Below, in pieces: positions 26,391 to 38,290 of a DNA stretch of 64,000 bases. Position 1 is the stretch's first letter. Each line of letters begins with the position of its first letter. The notes beneath the pieces are model-generated. The model worked only from the letters and a program-made list of their open reading frames with translations, searched no databases and was not told the DNA's origin. Position numbers and translations under genes: made by a program. The stretch is from Eledone cirrhosa (lineage: Eukaryota): assembly GCA_964016885.1 (NCBI GenBank), contig OZ024742.1:332010001-332074000 (forward strand), read 5' to 3'.

Positions 26391-26855
26391 ACTTCCATAA
26401 AAAATATCGAGATATATATTTTTTTTTTTTTACGCTCTAATCATACTGCAAACTATATGTAAGACGTAGTTTCTGGTTCAATCCTGTTGCATCTTGGGCA
26501 AGTATGTTCTATTATAGATTTCCGGTTACCAATGTGTCGGGAATAAAAGTTGGAGGACGGAATCAGTGGAAGCCTTTACTAATTTGTTGTAGAAGAACTA
26601 ACTTTATACCGAGCTCATCATATGGACACAGTTCTCACTCTACTTACTACAGATATAACCTCCCGGTGTTTTACCACACACACTATATATATATATATAT
26701 ATATATTAGTAATAATAAATGTGAAGACTAAAATCTAAAGAGGGTTCGATAAGGATAATATATATACGTATATATATAATATATATATAAAACCTTAGAG
26801 TAAATATTTATTAAAATAACACATTAAAGTTTAAGCAAAGAAATGCTGCTTTCAT

Positions 26856-26901
<46 letters not shown>

Positions 26902-26909
<8 letters not shown>

Positions 26910-27500
26910 ATATTTGGGGAGGGTCATATTTGCGTAATATTGCCAGAATTAATAACAGAACACACTCACTGTTTGGTTGGTTTTCGCTTCTCGCTGTCTT
27001 TTATATATATATATCTGCGATCTAACTTACTCGGTCCTCAATGTTGCCATTGACTGACCGGCGGTCAAAAATAATACAGATACAATATAGACACAAACAC
27101 ATATATATAGTTTACATAATTTACATAAATCTTTCGTTGCACATCTGCAACATCGTCAGTGGTGTTATATTCAACAGGAGGAACAATGAATATAACACCA
27201 CTGACGATGTTGCAGATGTGCAACGAAAGATTTATGTAAATTATGTAAACTATATATATGTGTTTGTGTCTATATTGTATCTGTATTATTTTTGACCGCC
27301 GGTCAGTCAATGGCAACATTGAGGACCGAGTAAGTTAGATCGCAGATATATATATATAAAAGACAGCGAGAAGCGAAAACCAACCAAACAGTGAGTGTGT
27401 TCTGTTATTAATTCTGGCAATATTACGCAAATATGACCCTCCCCAAATATAACAATATCTGTTTCGACACACGATTTCATATAAAAAACCTCGCAAAACT
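26902..27500. repeat. Long palindrome (272-bp arms, 13-nt spacer) made of PLE terminal (pLTR) sequence
   Basis: Arms 26902-27173 and 27187-27458. The ORF track gives mirror proteins on both strands. The sequence is homologous to the terminus of the PLE at 30936-31235. Confidence 0.95.
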
Positions 27501-28226
27501 ATATATATATATATATATACTGTATATATATATGTATAAATATGTATAGTTGAAATAGTAAATCATTGCTATTTCTAAGTTTCATAGTGGTTTGGACTGG
27601 TAGTAGAGGTGGTGTATTTTAGGGTCAAGTTTAGTGCACTCGGCTAGAGGGGGTGAGAAGGGAAGGTGTGTTAAGGGAGTGGGATGAAATGTTATTAGCC
27701 CTTTAGCATTTAAACCGACCATATCCGGCTAGAATTCTCTCACCTCTTTCACTTTAAACCGGCTGTAACTGGTCGTTCATACCTATACTAAGGTATTGTT
27801 CTCAAAATAGATTAAATGAGACAATTCTATAAGATAAAGCATTTACCTCAAAAACACAATAGTAAATGTAGAATAATGTAAGTGCTAAAGGCTTTAGCAG
27901 GTAGAGAGGGATCTTACAGTATGTTTGTAGAAAAATTGAAACATACATATACACACTAGTATTTACACAGGTATGTTAAAATTCATACACATATATGAAC
28001 ATCTGATGTCACTTTTTGAGTACCATATTTAGTCCGGAACAACACTCACACACACATACACACACAAACACATGTATATATTATATATATATGAAACCGG
28101 AGGAGTCCCCGACTCTCTACTTATCTATATTATTTATACTCTACTATCTCGAGTGCTGAATATTCTTCTCAATAAAGTCTTGCTAGTTTAAAACTGGCAT
28201 AATCCTCATCAATCTCACTATCCTCC

Positions 28227-28304
<78 letters not shown>

Positions 28305-28310
<6 letters not shown>

Positions 28311-28496
28311 AGAAACGTTAGCTATCGCCGTATTTTGACTAAAAGATGAGTATTGACGTACATGGGGGGCGACTCCCATGTACGTCAATACTCATCTTTT
28401 TCCATTTCTCCGAGGGTTCTTAACACCACTATCAGGCTAAATAATGTCTTTAATTACTTTAGTCAAAATACGGCGATAGCTAACATTTCTAATAAT
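28305..28496. repeat. Nested inverted repeats
   Basis: Perfect 26-bp hairpin 28341-28366/28375-28400 inside a 39-bp IR 28305-28343/28458-28496 (one mismatch). Confidence 0.9.
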
Positions 28497-28529
28497 TTCA
28501 AATCAACTCGCTGTTTCGAAAATATTCTT

Positions 28530-28567
<38 letters not shown>

Positions 28568-28571
<4 letters not shown>

Positions 28572-29066
28572 TATGTACACATACATACATATATGTATAC
28601 AGACGTACAGTAGTATGTATATATATATATATACATACATGCACACATATATATATGCACGTATGGATTCACCGAACATTTATTATAATGCTCGGTGTGT
28701 TTGTAAACAAACATCCCGTATTAAGCCGTAGTGTCTAGCAACCATCGGTGCTCGTTTGTTCAACACTGACAAAGGAACGCTGTACTAGTTTCAAGCTTAT
28801 TAGCTATCGTCAGCAGCGTATACCTTTCTGCCAGATTGTTCAACGTATATACTTACCTTAAGCATATTAACGTCTGAGTAGCCCAATTTGCATATCGAGT
28901 GGGTTAATTTACAAACACACCGAGCATTACAATAAATGTTCGGTGAATCCATACGTGCATATATATATATATGTGTGTGCATGTATGTATATATATATAT
29001 ATATATATACATACTACTGTACGTATGTATACATATATGTATGTACGTGCGTATACATACTTATAT
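28568..29066. repeat. ~140-bp inverted repeat with a ~200-bp HHR-containing spacer
   Basis: Arms ~28568-28708 and ~28908-29066. Confidence 0.85.
28777..28819 (-). ncRNA. Minimal type I hammerhead ribozyme motif
   Basis: acgctg CTGACGA t-agct-aata-agct-t GAA ACTAGT A cagcgt: 6-bp stem I, palindromic stem III, GUA cleavage triplet. Confidence 0.7.
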
Positions 29067-29119
29067 TTAAGTAACAGCCGTACTAAGAGTGGGAAATGAA
29101 ATTTCGTTTCATTTTTTCC

Positions 29120-29183
<64 letters not shown>

Positions 29184-29448
29184 AAATAACGAAACGAAAT
29201 TAAATTTCGTTTCGTTTGTAACTCACTTTTGTATGACTGACGCTTAAACAATTAAGTTAAAAATGTACATCTACATATGCATACTGAAATACTAGTATGC
29301 TTATGAATACACACACGTATACATATGTAGATGTACCAAGTCTTTCACTGGTTACTTTACTGTGAGTATCCAGCTATTCTGTATGTAAACACACAGAGAA
29401 ACCGGTTTTTAGAGTCATACTGGTTTTTGAGGAAACACCTTTCCTCTA

Positions 29449-29542
29449 TTCTACAGAAAGCCAGACAAGGAATATTGAACTAGTTTCGTTGTTGTTACAA
29501 CTCATCAGCAATATTTACCTATCTACCGGCCTTTCTGGAGAA
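29449..29542 (-). ncRNA. Hammerhead ribozyme motif (inverted copy)
   Basis: Reverse complement of 30060-30153 with one substitution. Confidence 0.75.
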
Positions 29543-30059
29543 TCGTAAAAGCACATATCGTTATATGCTTTTTCTATGAAAATTAGTAGTGGGCAGACTA
29601 ATTTGCATAGAGTGTGAGTACGTACCGGTTCAACGGAGACGATAAAAACAAATAACGAAACGAAATTAAATTTCGTTTCGTTTGTAACTCACTTCGTTTG
29701 TTTCCTCAAAAACCAGTATGACTCTAAAAACCGGTTTGTCTGTGTGTTTACATACAGAATAGCTGGATACTCACAGTAAAGTAACCAGTGAAAGACTTGG
29801 TACATCTACATATGTATACGTGTGTGTATTCATATGCATACTAGTATTTCAGTATGCATATGTAGATGTACATTTTTAACTTAATTGTTTAAGCGTCAGT
29901 CATACAAAAGTGAGTTACAAACGAAACGAAATTTAATTTCGTTTCGTTATTTGTTTTTATCGTCTCCGTTGAACCGGTACGTACTCACACTCTATGCAAA
30001 TTAGTCTGCCCACTACTAATTTTCATAGAAAAAGCATATAACGATATGTGCTTTTACGA

Positions 30060-30153
30060 TTCTCCAGAAAGGCCGGTAGATAGGTAAATATTGCTGATGA
30101 GTTGTAACAACAACGAAACTAGTTCAATATTCCTTGTCTGGCTTTCTGGAGAA
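30060..30153 (+). ncRNA. Type I hammerhead ribozyme motif with extended stem I
   Basis: aatattg CTGATGA gttgt-aaca-acaac GAA ACTAGT T caatatt. Stem I continues through ttctccagaaaggcc/ggctttctggagaa. GUU triplet. Confidence 0.8.
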
Positions 30154-30525
30154 TAGAGGAAAGGTGTTTCCTCAAAAACCAGTATGACTCTAAAAACCGG
30201 TTTCTCTGTGTGTTTACATACAGAATAGCTGGATACTCACAGTAAAGTAACCAGTGAAAGACTTGGTACATCTACATATGTATACGTGTGTGTATTCATA
30301 TGCATACTAGTATTTCAGTATGCATATGTAGATGTACATTTTTAACTTAATTGTTTAAGCGTCAGTCATACAAAAGTGAGTTACAAACGAAACGAAATTT
30401 AATTTCGTTTCGTTATTTGTTTTTATCGTCTCCGTTGAACCGGTACGTACTCACACTCTATGCAAATTAGTCTGCCCACTACTAATTTTCATAGAAAAAG
30501 CATATAACGATATGTGCTTTTTAAC

Positions 30526-30612
<87 letters not shown>

Positions 30613-30935
30613 TCCTCAGTGAAATAACAAGCCAACCAGGAACTGGGCATATCAGAGCATTGACAAAGTTATACACCTCGACAACATGCGTACTCGTCTC
30701 TACCACACTAATTCGGACTGCCTGAAAAAGTCACAGCCAAAGATAGTTGTCACCGAAATATATATAGCAGTAATAAACGAAGCCAAATTTTAAATATTTG
30801 AGTTATTTATTTTAGTTTATTTTACATTACTCCGGAGTAACCAAACCAACCTGCGCACTTCGTCGAGTGCTCCAATCTGCATATTGATGTGTTGGTACCC
30901 AACCAACATATACTCAATATATATATATATATATA

Positions 30936-33110
30936 TTTGTTTTGCGAGGTTTTTTATATGAAATCGTATTTCGAAACAAATATTGTTATACTTGGGGACG
31001 GTCATGTAATAATATTGCCAGAATTAATGACAGAACACATTCACTGTTTGGTAGGTTTTCGCTTCTGTATCTTTTATATCAGTTAATTTATTCGGTCCTC
31101 AATGTTTACCATTGACAGACCAACGGTCAAAAATACAGATATAATATACACACAAAACATATATATAGTCTACAAAGTTCTTTCGTTGCACATCTGGAAC
31201 ATCGTCAGTGGTGGTATTATGTTCCTCCTGTTGTATTGTATATCTGCACCATCTTTATTTAATCTGTTTATTTATTTATTTATGTTTCTCTTCTTCTCTG
31301 CGCATGCGTTTGCGTGTGTGTATAGTGTTTGGTGTGTGTTCGCGTTTGGGTGACTTTGTTTTGCTTATTGTATTCTATCTTAGTTTACTAGTGTGTGATT
31401 ATATGTGTTTGTCGTTGTTGTGTTTGTGTATATATTTATTTATTTATATTAGTTCAGTATTGTTTTGGTGTTGTTATTCCATTCATTTTTTTCTATTTAG
31501 CTTTGGCCTTCTAAGTTTTGTTTCACTTTCTTCTCTGATTTGCCTATCTGCTGGGTCATTTCTATGTTTAGATATTATTTTAATTTCTATGTTGTCTGTT
31601 GCCGTAATGTTGTTGTCTGGCGTGTTCGTATAGTACTGAATCGTTTTTTCGTCCTTTTAGTTCCCCCAGTGTTGGTCTATCCTTTCACCTATCTTACGAG
31701 CTGTCTTGCCTATCAATGTTGTCATGTTTCTGCAAGTACCCTTTGTACATCTTATGCTATAGACTACGTTTCTAGTTTTACAGGTTTATTTTACATATGA
31801 TACATTTCCTATTAGTACAGTGGGTTTTCTTAAAAGGGTATGTTTTGCTGGTCAGGGATTTTATGGTAGTTCTTGGTTTTTCTACCACCTTAATCTTTAA
31901 GTGGGTCTTTCTCAGGGTCTTTCTACACTGGTTAGCTAATTTCCCTCCAGGGTTAGCGTTAACGAACAGGACACTCTGGTTGTCGTACCATGAATTGGCT
32001 TTCCTTCTCTTACGTTTAGTCCTATCTAAGCTATTCCATGATTTGCTCTTGTATAATGGGCAAATTCCTGTCATGTCCAGTTCTATGAGGGTCTTACACT
32101 TCTCCTTGGCTTCTTCGTATACTCTGATTCTGTCTCTTTGGTTGTAGCCAGAGAACGGCCTGCCGTTGATGAAGTGTTGGATGTTTCTTTCTATCTCTTT
32201 TGGGTCGCACATGCGGGACACGTTCTTCATCACTCGTACCAAATCTTTGATCAGAATATTAAAATTAGCACTACTGGACTTTGCTGAGTTTTTGAGTATC
32301 AGGTATTTGGAGGCCATGGCTTTAGTGTAGTGTGGGTGGAGGATTTAGGCCCCCTCGTCTATAGTGTTAATTAAGAGTTCCGTGTCTTATACAGGTAGTC
32401 TACTGTTAGGGTGTTTAGAAAGGTAGTCGATAGTTACAGTTATACTCTGGTGTATGGAATTAGCTACCTGTTGGATGCTTTCCATTGTGCTACATTCTAA
32501 ATCATACTTGTTAGTACTCTCTTGTGGGGGTGTCCTTATTATTATATTAATGTCGTCTACGTAACGAGAGTACATGATGAGGTCTATGGAGCTCTCATCA
32601 AGGAGATATTTGACTCACTATTACCACCATACCATAAAAAGGTTGGCAACGTCACCAGCTATGCTGACGCCAATGGCTGCTCTTTCATTTTGGGTGTAGA
32701 TCTTCTCGTTAAATTTGAATATATGGCCCTTTAGGGTAGTTTTAATACTAGCCCTTATTGCATGTGCGACCATTTTTCTTACCTAATCCTTGTTTTGGGG
32801 GGTCCACGTATTCCACCTTCCTATGGAAGTCTTTTTGGCATTGAGGTTATGGCGGGGGGGGGGTCTATCTCTTATGGTTCTACTGGAGCAGAAACGGCTA
32901 AGGTCATAGCTGTCTAGGTAGTCAGTGTCATAGCTAAGTCTAAGTAGGTGGCCCAGTTCGTCTGTGTCGACGTTGCAGAACTCCACCTCTCTCTCACTGA
33001 TCATCTCGACACATTTTTCCACAGTAAAATCAATGCGAATGTGTTCTGTTCTGTTATTAATTCTGGCAATAGTATTACAACATGACTCTCCCCAAGTATA
33101 ACAATATATA
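30936..33110 (-). mobile_element. 5'-truncated Penelope-like element with an inverted terminal fragment at its 5' junction
   Basis: RT motifs AIGVSIAGDVANLFMVWW, YSRYVDD and HYTKAMASKYLI (ORFs 32387..32575, 31778..32317). 33039-33110 is the inverted copy of ~30980-31040, the classic PLE inverted-pLTR layout. Confidence 0.85.
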
Positions 33111-33132
33111 TATATATATGGGGGGGGGAGTG

Positions 33133-33186
<54 letters not shown>

Positions 33187-33193
<7 letters not shown>

Positions 33194-33923
33194 AAAAATG
33201 GCGTGCTGCGTTGTTGCGAATATGAACATATGAATAAAAATAAACCGAGAAACAAGAATGTCCTTCATCAGTAGCCTGCTGATTATCGTTGGTATTTCTT
33301 CGCATTAAAGACTAGATACCTAAAATCAGTGCGAGCGATAACTAAATTAACTTACCGGGACAGAGGATAACAGAGGAAAGGAAACAAACCACATGGTAGT
33401 AATGCAGCGTAAAGAGAGGAAAAAAGAGACAAGTCAATGAATGTTGTGGGCTTAAGTCCGACAAATCAAATAACGAGAAGAAACAGACGCCTCCGAACCA
33501 CGAGAAAAGTTAGAGAAGAAAGAAATTCACGCGGGTCAGACGAGAGGAAGTGAGAGAGGAGGAGTAGCAGAGAGTGAGTTAGTGAAATGTGAGGAAGGGG
33601 CCAGCCGAGAAGGAGTGACCAGCAGCCGGAGTGGAGGAAAGCAAGAGGTGAAAGAGAGAGAAGAGGGAGAGAAAAAGGGGATAGCAGTAAGGTGACAGAA
33701 AAAATACGAACCACAGCGAAGGGAAGAAATATATGTGAATGAAAAATGGCGTGCCTCGCTGTTGCATTACTACCATGTTTTTTGTTTCCTTTCCTCTGTT
33801 TTCCTCTGTCCCGATAACTTAATTTAGTTATCGCTCGCACTGATTTTAGGTATCTAGTCTTTAATGCGAAGAAATACCAACGATAATCAGCTGACTACTG
33901 ATGAAGGACATTCTTGTTTCTCG

Positions 33924-33929
<6 letters not shown>
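33187..33929. repeat. Fold-back element: ~548-bp unit with a short direct terminal overlap and a ~170-bp inverted repeat
   Basis: gtgaatgaaaaatggcgtgc at 33187 and 33735. IR arms ~33241-33410 and ~33757-33929. Partial HHR core ctgatgaaggaca. Confidence 0.8.
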
Positions 33930-34010
<81 letters not shown>

Positions 34011-34019
34011 ATATATATA

Positions 34020-36813
34020 CTAGCAGTTTAGCCCGGCGTTGCTCGGGTTTGTTCATTTGCTATGAAAAGTTACATACAGGTAAACGTGGTTTGAAAGCGA
34101 ATAAGCTTATCAATTAAGTGCATAAAGCAGTTGAACCGGTTATTAAAAGTTACGAACCAATTAGCATTTTGGTCAATCAATGAGGGGTTAATAATCCTCC
34201 AATAGCGAATTTAGTAGACCAAATTTGCAAGATGGTGGCCCTGATGCCGCTGGGTGTCAGATCTGTCCGCCATGGGATACCCTACCAGGAAATAGTGTTC
34301 CAGACGGCATAGCTCCAACACCTGCACCAACATCTATAGCACCTCTTTGTAGACGATATTGCGTGTCATCCTTTGAGGAGATTAAGCAAAAAGTCCATTC
34401 CTGCCCCCTGCGCGGGAACAGTCAACATAAAGTTGGCAATGGGAGAAGCATGGCTTCTCCAAATGGATGCCCGCCACCGACAATGTTTGCCCCTGTGACT
34501 TGTTAATGGACATGGCAAAACATGGTCTCACCGGGAATTGGGATCGTCGGAAATCGAACGGGATATCTGACGCCGAGGGGAAAAGGTTCATCCTTGGAAT
34601 GAAAACATTCTCCCCTCTTCCGCACCCCGTTACAATGGTGGCCTCAATCAAGTGGGTGTCAGTGACTTGACGACCATGCGAGTACCGTTGCACTGCTTTG
34701 GTGGACGCAAGTTCCTTATTAGCATAATGGGACAGCCAACCCTAAGCTTAATAATGTGAGGTGTGAGCCCTGGGGGCTCAAGGAGATTTAGTAAATCAAC
34801 CGGATAATTAACGATATCGTCGGGGTCTGATTTGAAGATGTGCTCTTTACCGGGAATCTTTTCAATCAGTTGCTCGTTAATAAAATTAACCATGGTATTT
34901 TTCGGAGCAAGGACGGCTCTTTCGCTGAGCCAATCGAGGTTTTTAAAGTTAGATGATACATTAGGAAAAACTGCTTCCCAAAGGTCAGAAGGGCTGCTCA
35001 CAATGTTGCACAGGGTGTCGATTGCTATGCCGCCCTTGTCATCCGCAGGGATCTTGCCCTCACCAAGTGCTAAAATGTTCTGTGCTGCAGACATGTTGTC
35101 ACCATGAAAATGAGCACGCATATTTGTGCTCAGGTACAAACTATTCACCTGGAACCACAACATGGACGACTTAAGACAGGCACGCACTTCATCAGCTCTT
35201 GTCCATTTGGGGATGACAGGCAGCGTTTTCCGAAAATCCCCTGATAGCAGAAGGGTTACGCCAACCATAGGAGCCGTAGAATCCCTAATGTCTTTCAGGG
35301 TCCTGTCCAATGCCTCAAGGGCACCCTTGTGTGCCATTTTGCACTCACTCTAAACAATGAGGCAACATATTTTGAGAACCAGAGCTTTGTGTGAACTCTT
35401 GCTGATATTGCATGTTGGTGTCTCAGTTTTTACTAAATCCAAAGGGAATTTAAAGGTTGAATGTGCTGTCCTGCCTCTCGGCAGCAAAGTAGCAGCGATC
35501 CCGGACGATGCAACGGACAACGCAACTGTTTTCTCCTGACGAATCTTAGCGAGAATCAAATTCGTTACAAATTTTTTTCCGGTATACCCAGGAGCGTTTT
35601 TTATTGAGGGGATCTGGGTTTTTTTTTTTTTGACCTTGAGGTATAACCAGTCAGTAGTTCCTTGAAAGGCTCTGGCGGTTCCGGAAGAGGGGGCATGGTG
35701 ACGTTACCGTTTAAGCAGCACATCGCAGGTGGCTCCCCAGCCCACTTTGTAGCATTGCAGAATTGGCAATTGAAGCGCATCTCGCCTATATTTATGTCAG
35801 AGCGCATCGAGTAATTAACGTTTTGATCATACTTGAAAGCCCGTAGGTGCCAGTAAGGGCTGTTGGGGCTCGTCACACCACGTGCAGCTTCTCGCCGTCG
35901 ACTGTTTCGCTTGAACGTAGAACATTGGTCGTGTGGTTGGTGGGAAGGTCTGGCAGCAATAGCAGAAGCAACATTTGCAATGCTAATGGACCGCCCGTCT
36001 GCATCTTCAGAAGCCATGGAAGTAGTCATAGCCGCAGCGTCCGTAGGAAGGCGAGCCGTCCGTTGTTTTAAACCTTCCAAAGACCTGGAAGCAGCATTAG
36101 TCGCAGCGTTTCTAGCCAGGCGCTTCGACCTTTATTCACGGCTCTCTAAAGCCCTGGAAGAAGCCTGGTATGAAGCCATTTTTGCTAGGCGTGCGGTGCG
36201 CTGTTGGAAACTTTCAGCGGCTCGACATTCTGCTGAACGTAAGGCTGTCTGTGAAAGTCTTGAAGCATTTTCCTCAGAGGACTCGTTTGCTATAGTAGCC
36301 TTTTGCGCCACTGCTGACGCGGTATGTCGACTGAGGCGACTTCTCTTTTTAGGTGGCATTTTATGTCCAAAAGAAAGGGTGAAAGTTACTTCTACAGAAA
36401 AATTGACTTTGAAAGTCTACTGTCTGTTTCTGAATATTGTTATTGTTGTTGTGATACAAATGTTAGTAAGTAAATGGGTATCGAAAAATAAAGGGTGAAA
36501 GTTACTTCAACATAAAAATTGACTTTGAAAGTATAAGGCTGATAATTGAATGTAAAAAGATTGATGAGAAAGCCCCCTCCCCGCCCCCCAACAAATGTAC
36601 AGGTACTTGTATGTATGTATGTATTTTTATGTCGAAAAGAAAGGGTTAAAGTTACTTCTACAGAAAAATATAGTTTGAAAGTGTAAGGCCGATGTGTGTG
36701 TAAATTAAGTGACAGTTATTTGTATGTATGTGTGTATATGTATGTATGTGTGTATGAAAGTGTAAGGCCGCTGTGTGTGTAAATTAAGTGACAGGTATTT
36801 GTATGTATGTGTG

Positions 36814-36845
<32 letters not shown>

Positions 36846-37546
36846 TGTATGTATGTATGTATGTATGTATGTATGTATGTATGTATGTATGTATTAAAGG
36901 TTGAAAGTTACTTCAACATAAAAATTGACTTTGAAAGTATAAGGCTGATAATTGAATGTAAAAAGATTGATAAGAAAGGCCCCCCCAAAAAATGTACAGG
37001 TATTTGTATGTATGTGTGTATTTTTATGTCGAAAATAAAGGGTTAAAGTTACTTATACAGAAAAATTTAGTTTGAAAGTGTAAGGCCGATCTCTTTATCA
37101 TTATATGCTATTGTTATTTCTAAAACAAACTGTGTATTCGTTGATTGATTGAAATTCCCGCGTTCCTGTTTCTATGACGTCAATTGTAACCATACCAACA
37201 TATATGTGTGTGTATGCACCCACATATATGTGTGTATATGTTTTTTTCAATGTTTCTCTTTTTCACAAACACGTATAAGAGAAGGTAGCAATTTTAAGGG
37301 GAGGTGATGAATGGGAGTAGATATAGGAAACGTATATCATATGAGAGAGAAGAAATCATCGATTGTTGAAATAAATCGATTTTTCCGTAATTGTGGCATT
37401 GTTTAGCCAATAAGATCGCCCATGACCCAAGTTAGAATATTTGTAAACATCCTGCTTAATTATTCATTCAATATTTTTGGAATTGTGTAAATGTATAAAA
37501 TTGAAACATACATACGTACACAAAAATCTGCCTTTTATAGATAATG

Positions 37547-37547
<1 letters not shown>
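34020..37547 (-). mobile_element. Helitron, internally deleted (N-terminus, Zn finger and Pif1 helicase; Rep domain missing)
   Basis: 5' TC at 37547, 3' hairpin cccgagcaacgccggg and CTAG at 34020, inserted in A|T of (TA)n. Motifs CQFC..WAGE...CCLNG, VASSGIAATLL, GDFRKTLPV, CNGTR and FAMSINKSQGQT. Confidence 0.92.
36360..37090. repeat. Helitron 5'-region minisatellite and (TATG)n
   Basis: aaagggt.aaagttactt..a.a.aaaa.t..a.tttgaaagt repeated about 5 times. Confidence 0.8.
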
Positions 37548-37602
<55 letters not shown>

Positions 37603-38244
37603 ATGTGTGTGTGTGTGTGTGTGTGTGTAGCATGCATTTAGAATTACCAATTCCTTGTTAATCTGTTTCCCAAAATAATAAAGTTTTCATATTTCTGAGC
37701 AATGATTAGGATGAAAGAGACTGTTTATAGTACTTTAGTATCTGACTTTAAGCCTATATATCCCATAACTCTCTTGCCTCATTATTTTGACATGTTATTT
37801 AATGCTCAGGGGTCTCTATCTCTCTATTTCAGCATACTTCAGTTTTACACGGTATGTACATTTCACTAACACACTATGTACAATCCATAATCTGCTGTAA
37901 ATTCAGGCAAATATCTAGTCAGTTAAATACATCACCTGTTTTCACCGCTCCAAATAACGTATCTTTGTTTTTTTCCGTTCTTTGCCAGGGAACGTTTCCA
38001 CGAAGAAAAGTATCGTATTCCTGTCTTCCTTCGGTTGCAACGTTTTTTGAAATATTTACTTCTGCGTTCACAGATTGACTTTGTTAGTTTCAGAAAATCC
38101 CGTTAAAGGTGAAAGCAGCGATTCTTTGCTTAAACTTTAATCTGTTATTTTAATAAATATTTACTCTACGGTTCTTATATATCTGATATATATATTATCC
38201 TTATTGAGCCCTCTTTGGATTTTAGTCTTCAAATTTATTATCAT

Positions 38245-38290
<46 letters not shown>

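Larger units (their letters stand above)
29179..30530. mobile_element. ORF-less 466-bp HHR-containing unit in inverted plus tandem copies (retrozyme-like / non-autonomous PLE)
   Basis: About 1.1 units on - (29179-29694), then about 1.76 units on + (29700-30521, period 466). Only about 3 differences seen among copies. Flanked by (TA)n. Confidence 0.85.

Noticed and set aside
36360-37090. CRISPR-like repeat-spacer array
   Set aside because: The repeats are irregular, the spacers are themselves repeated, the context is a eukaryotic Helitron 5' region, and there are no cas genes.
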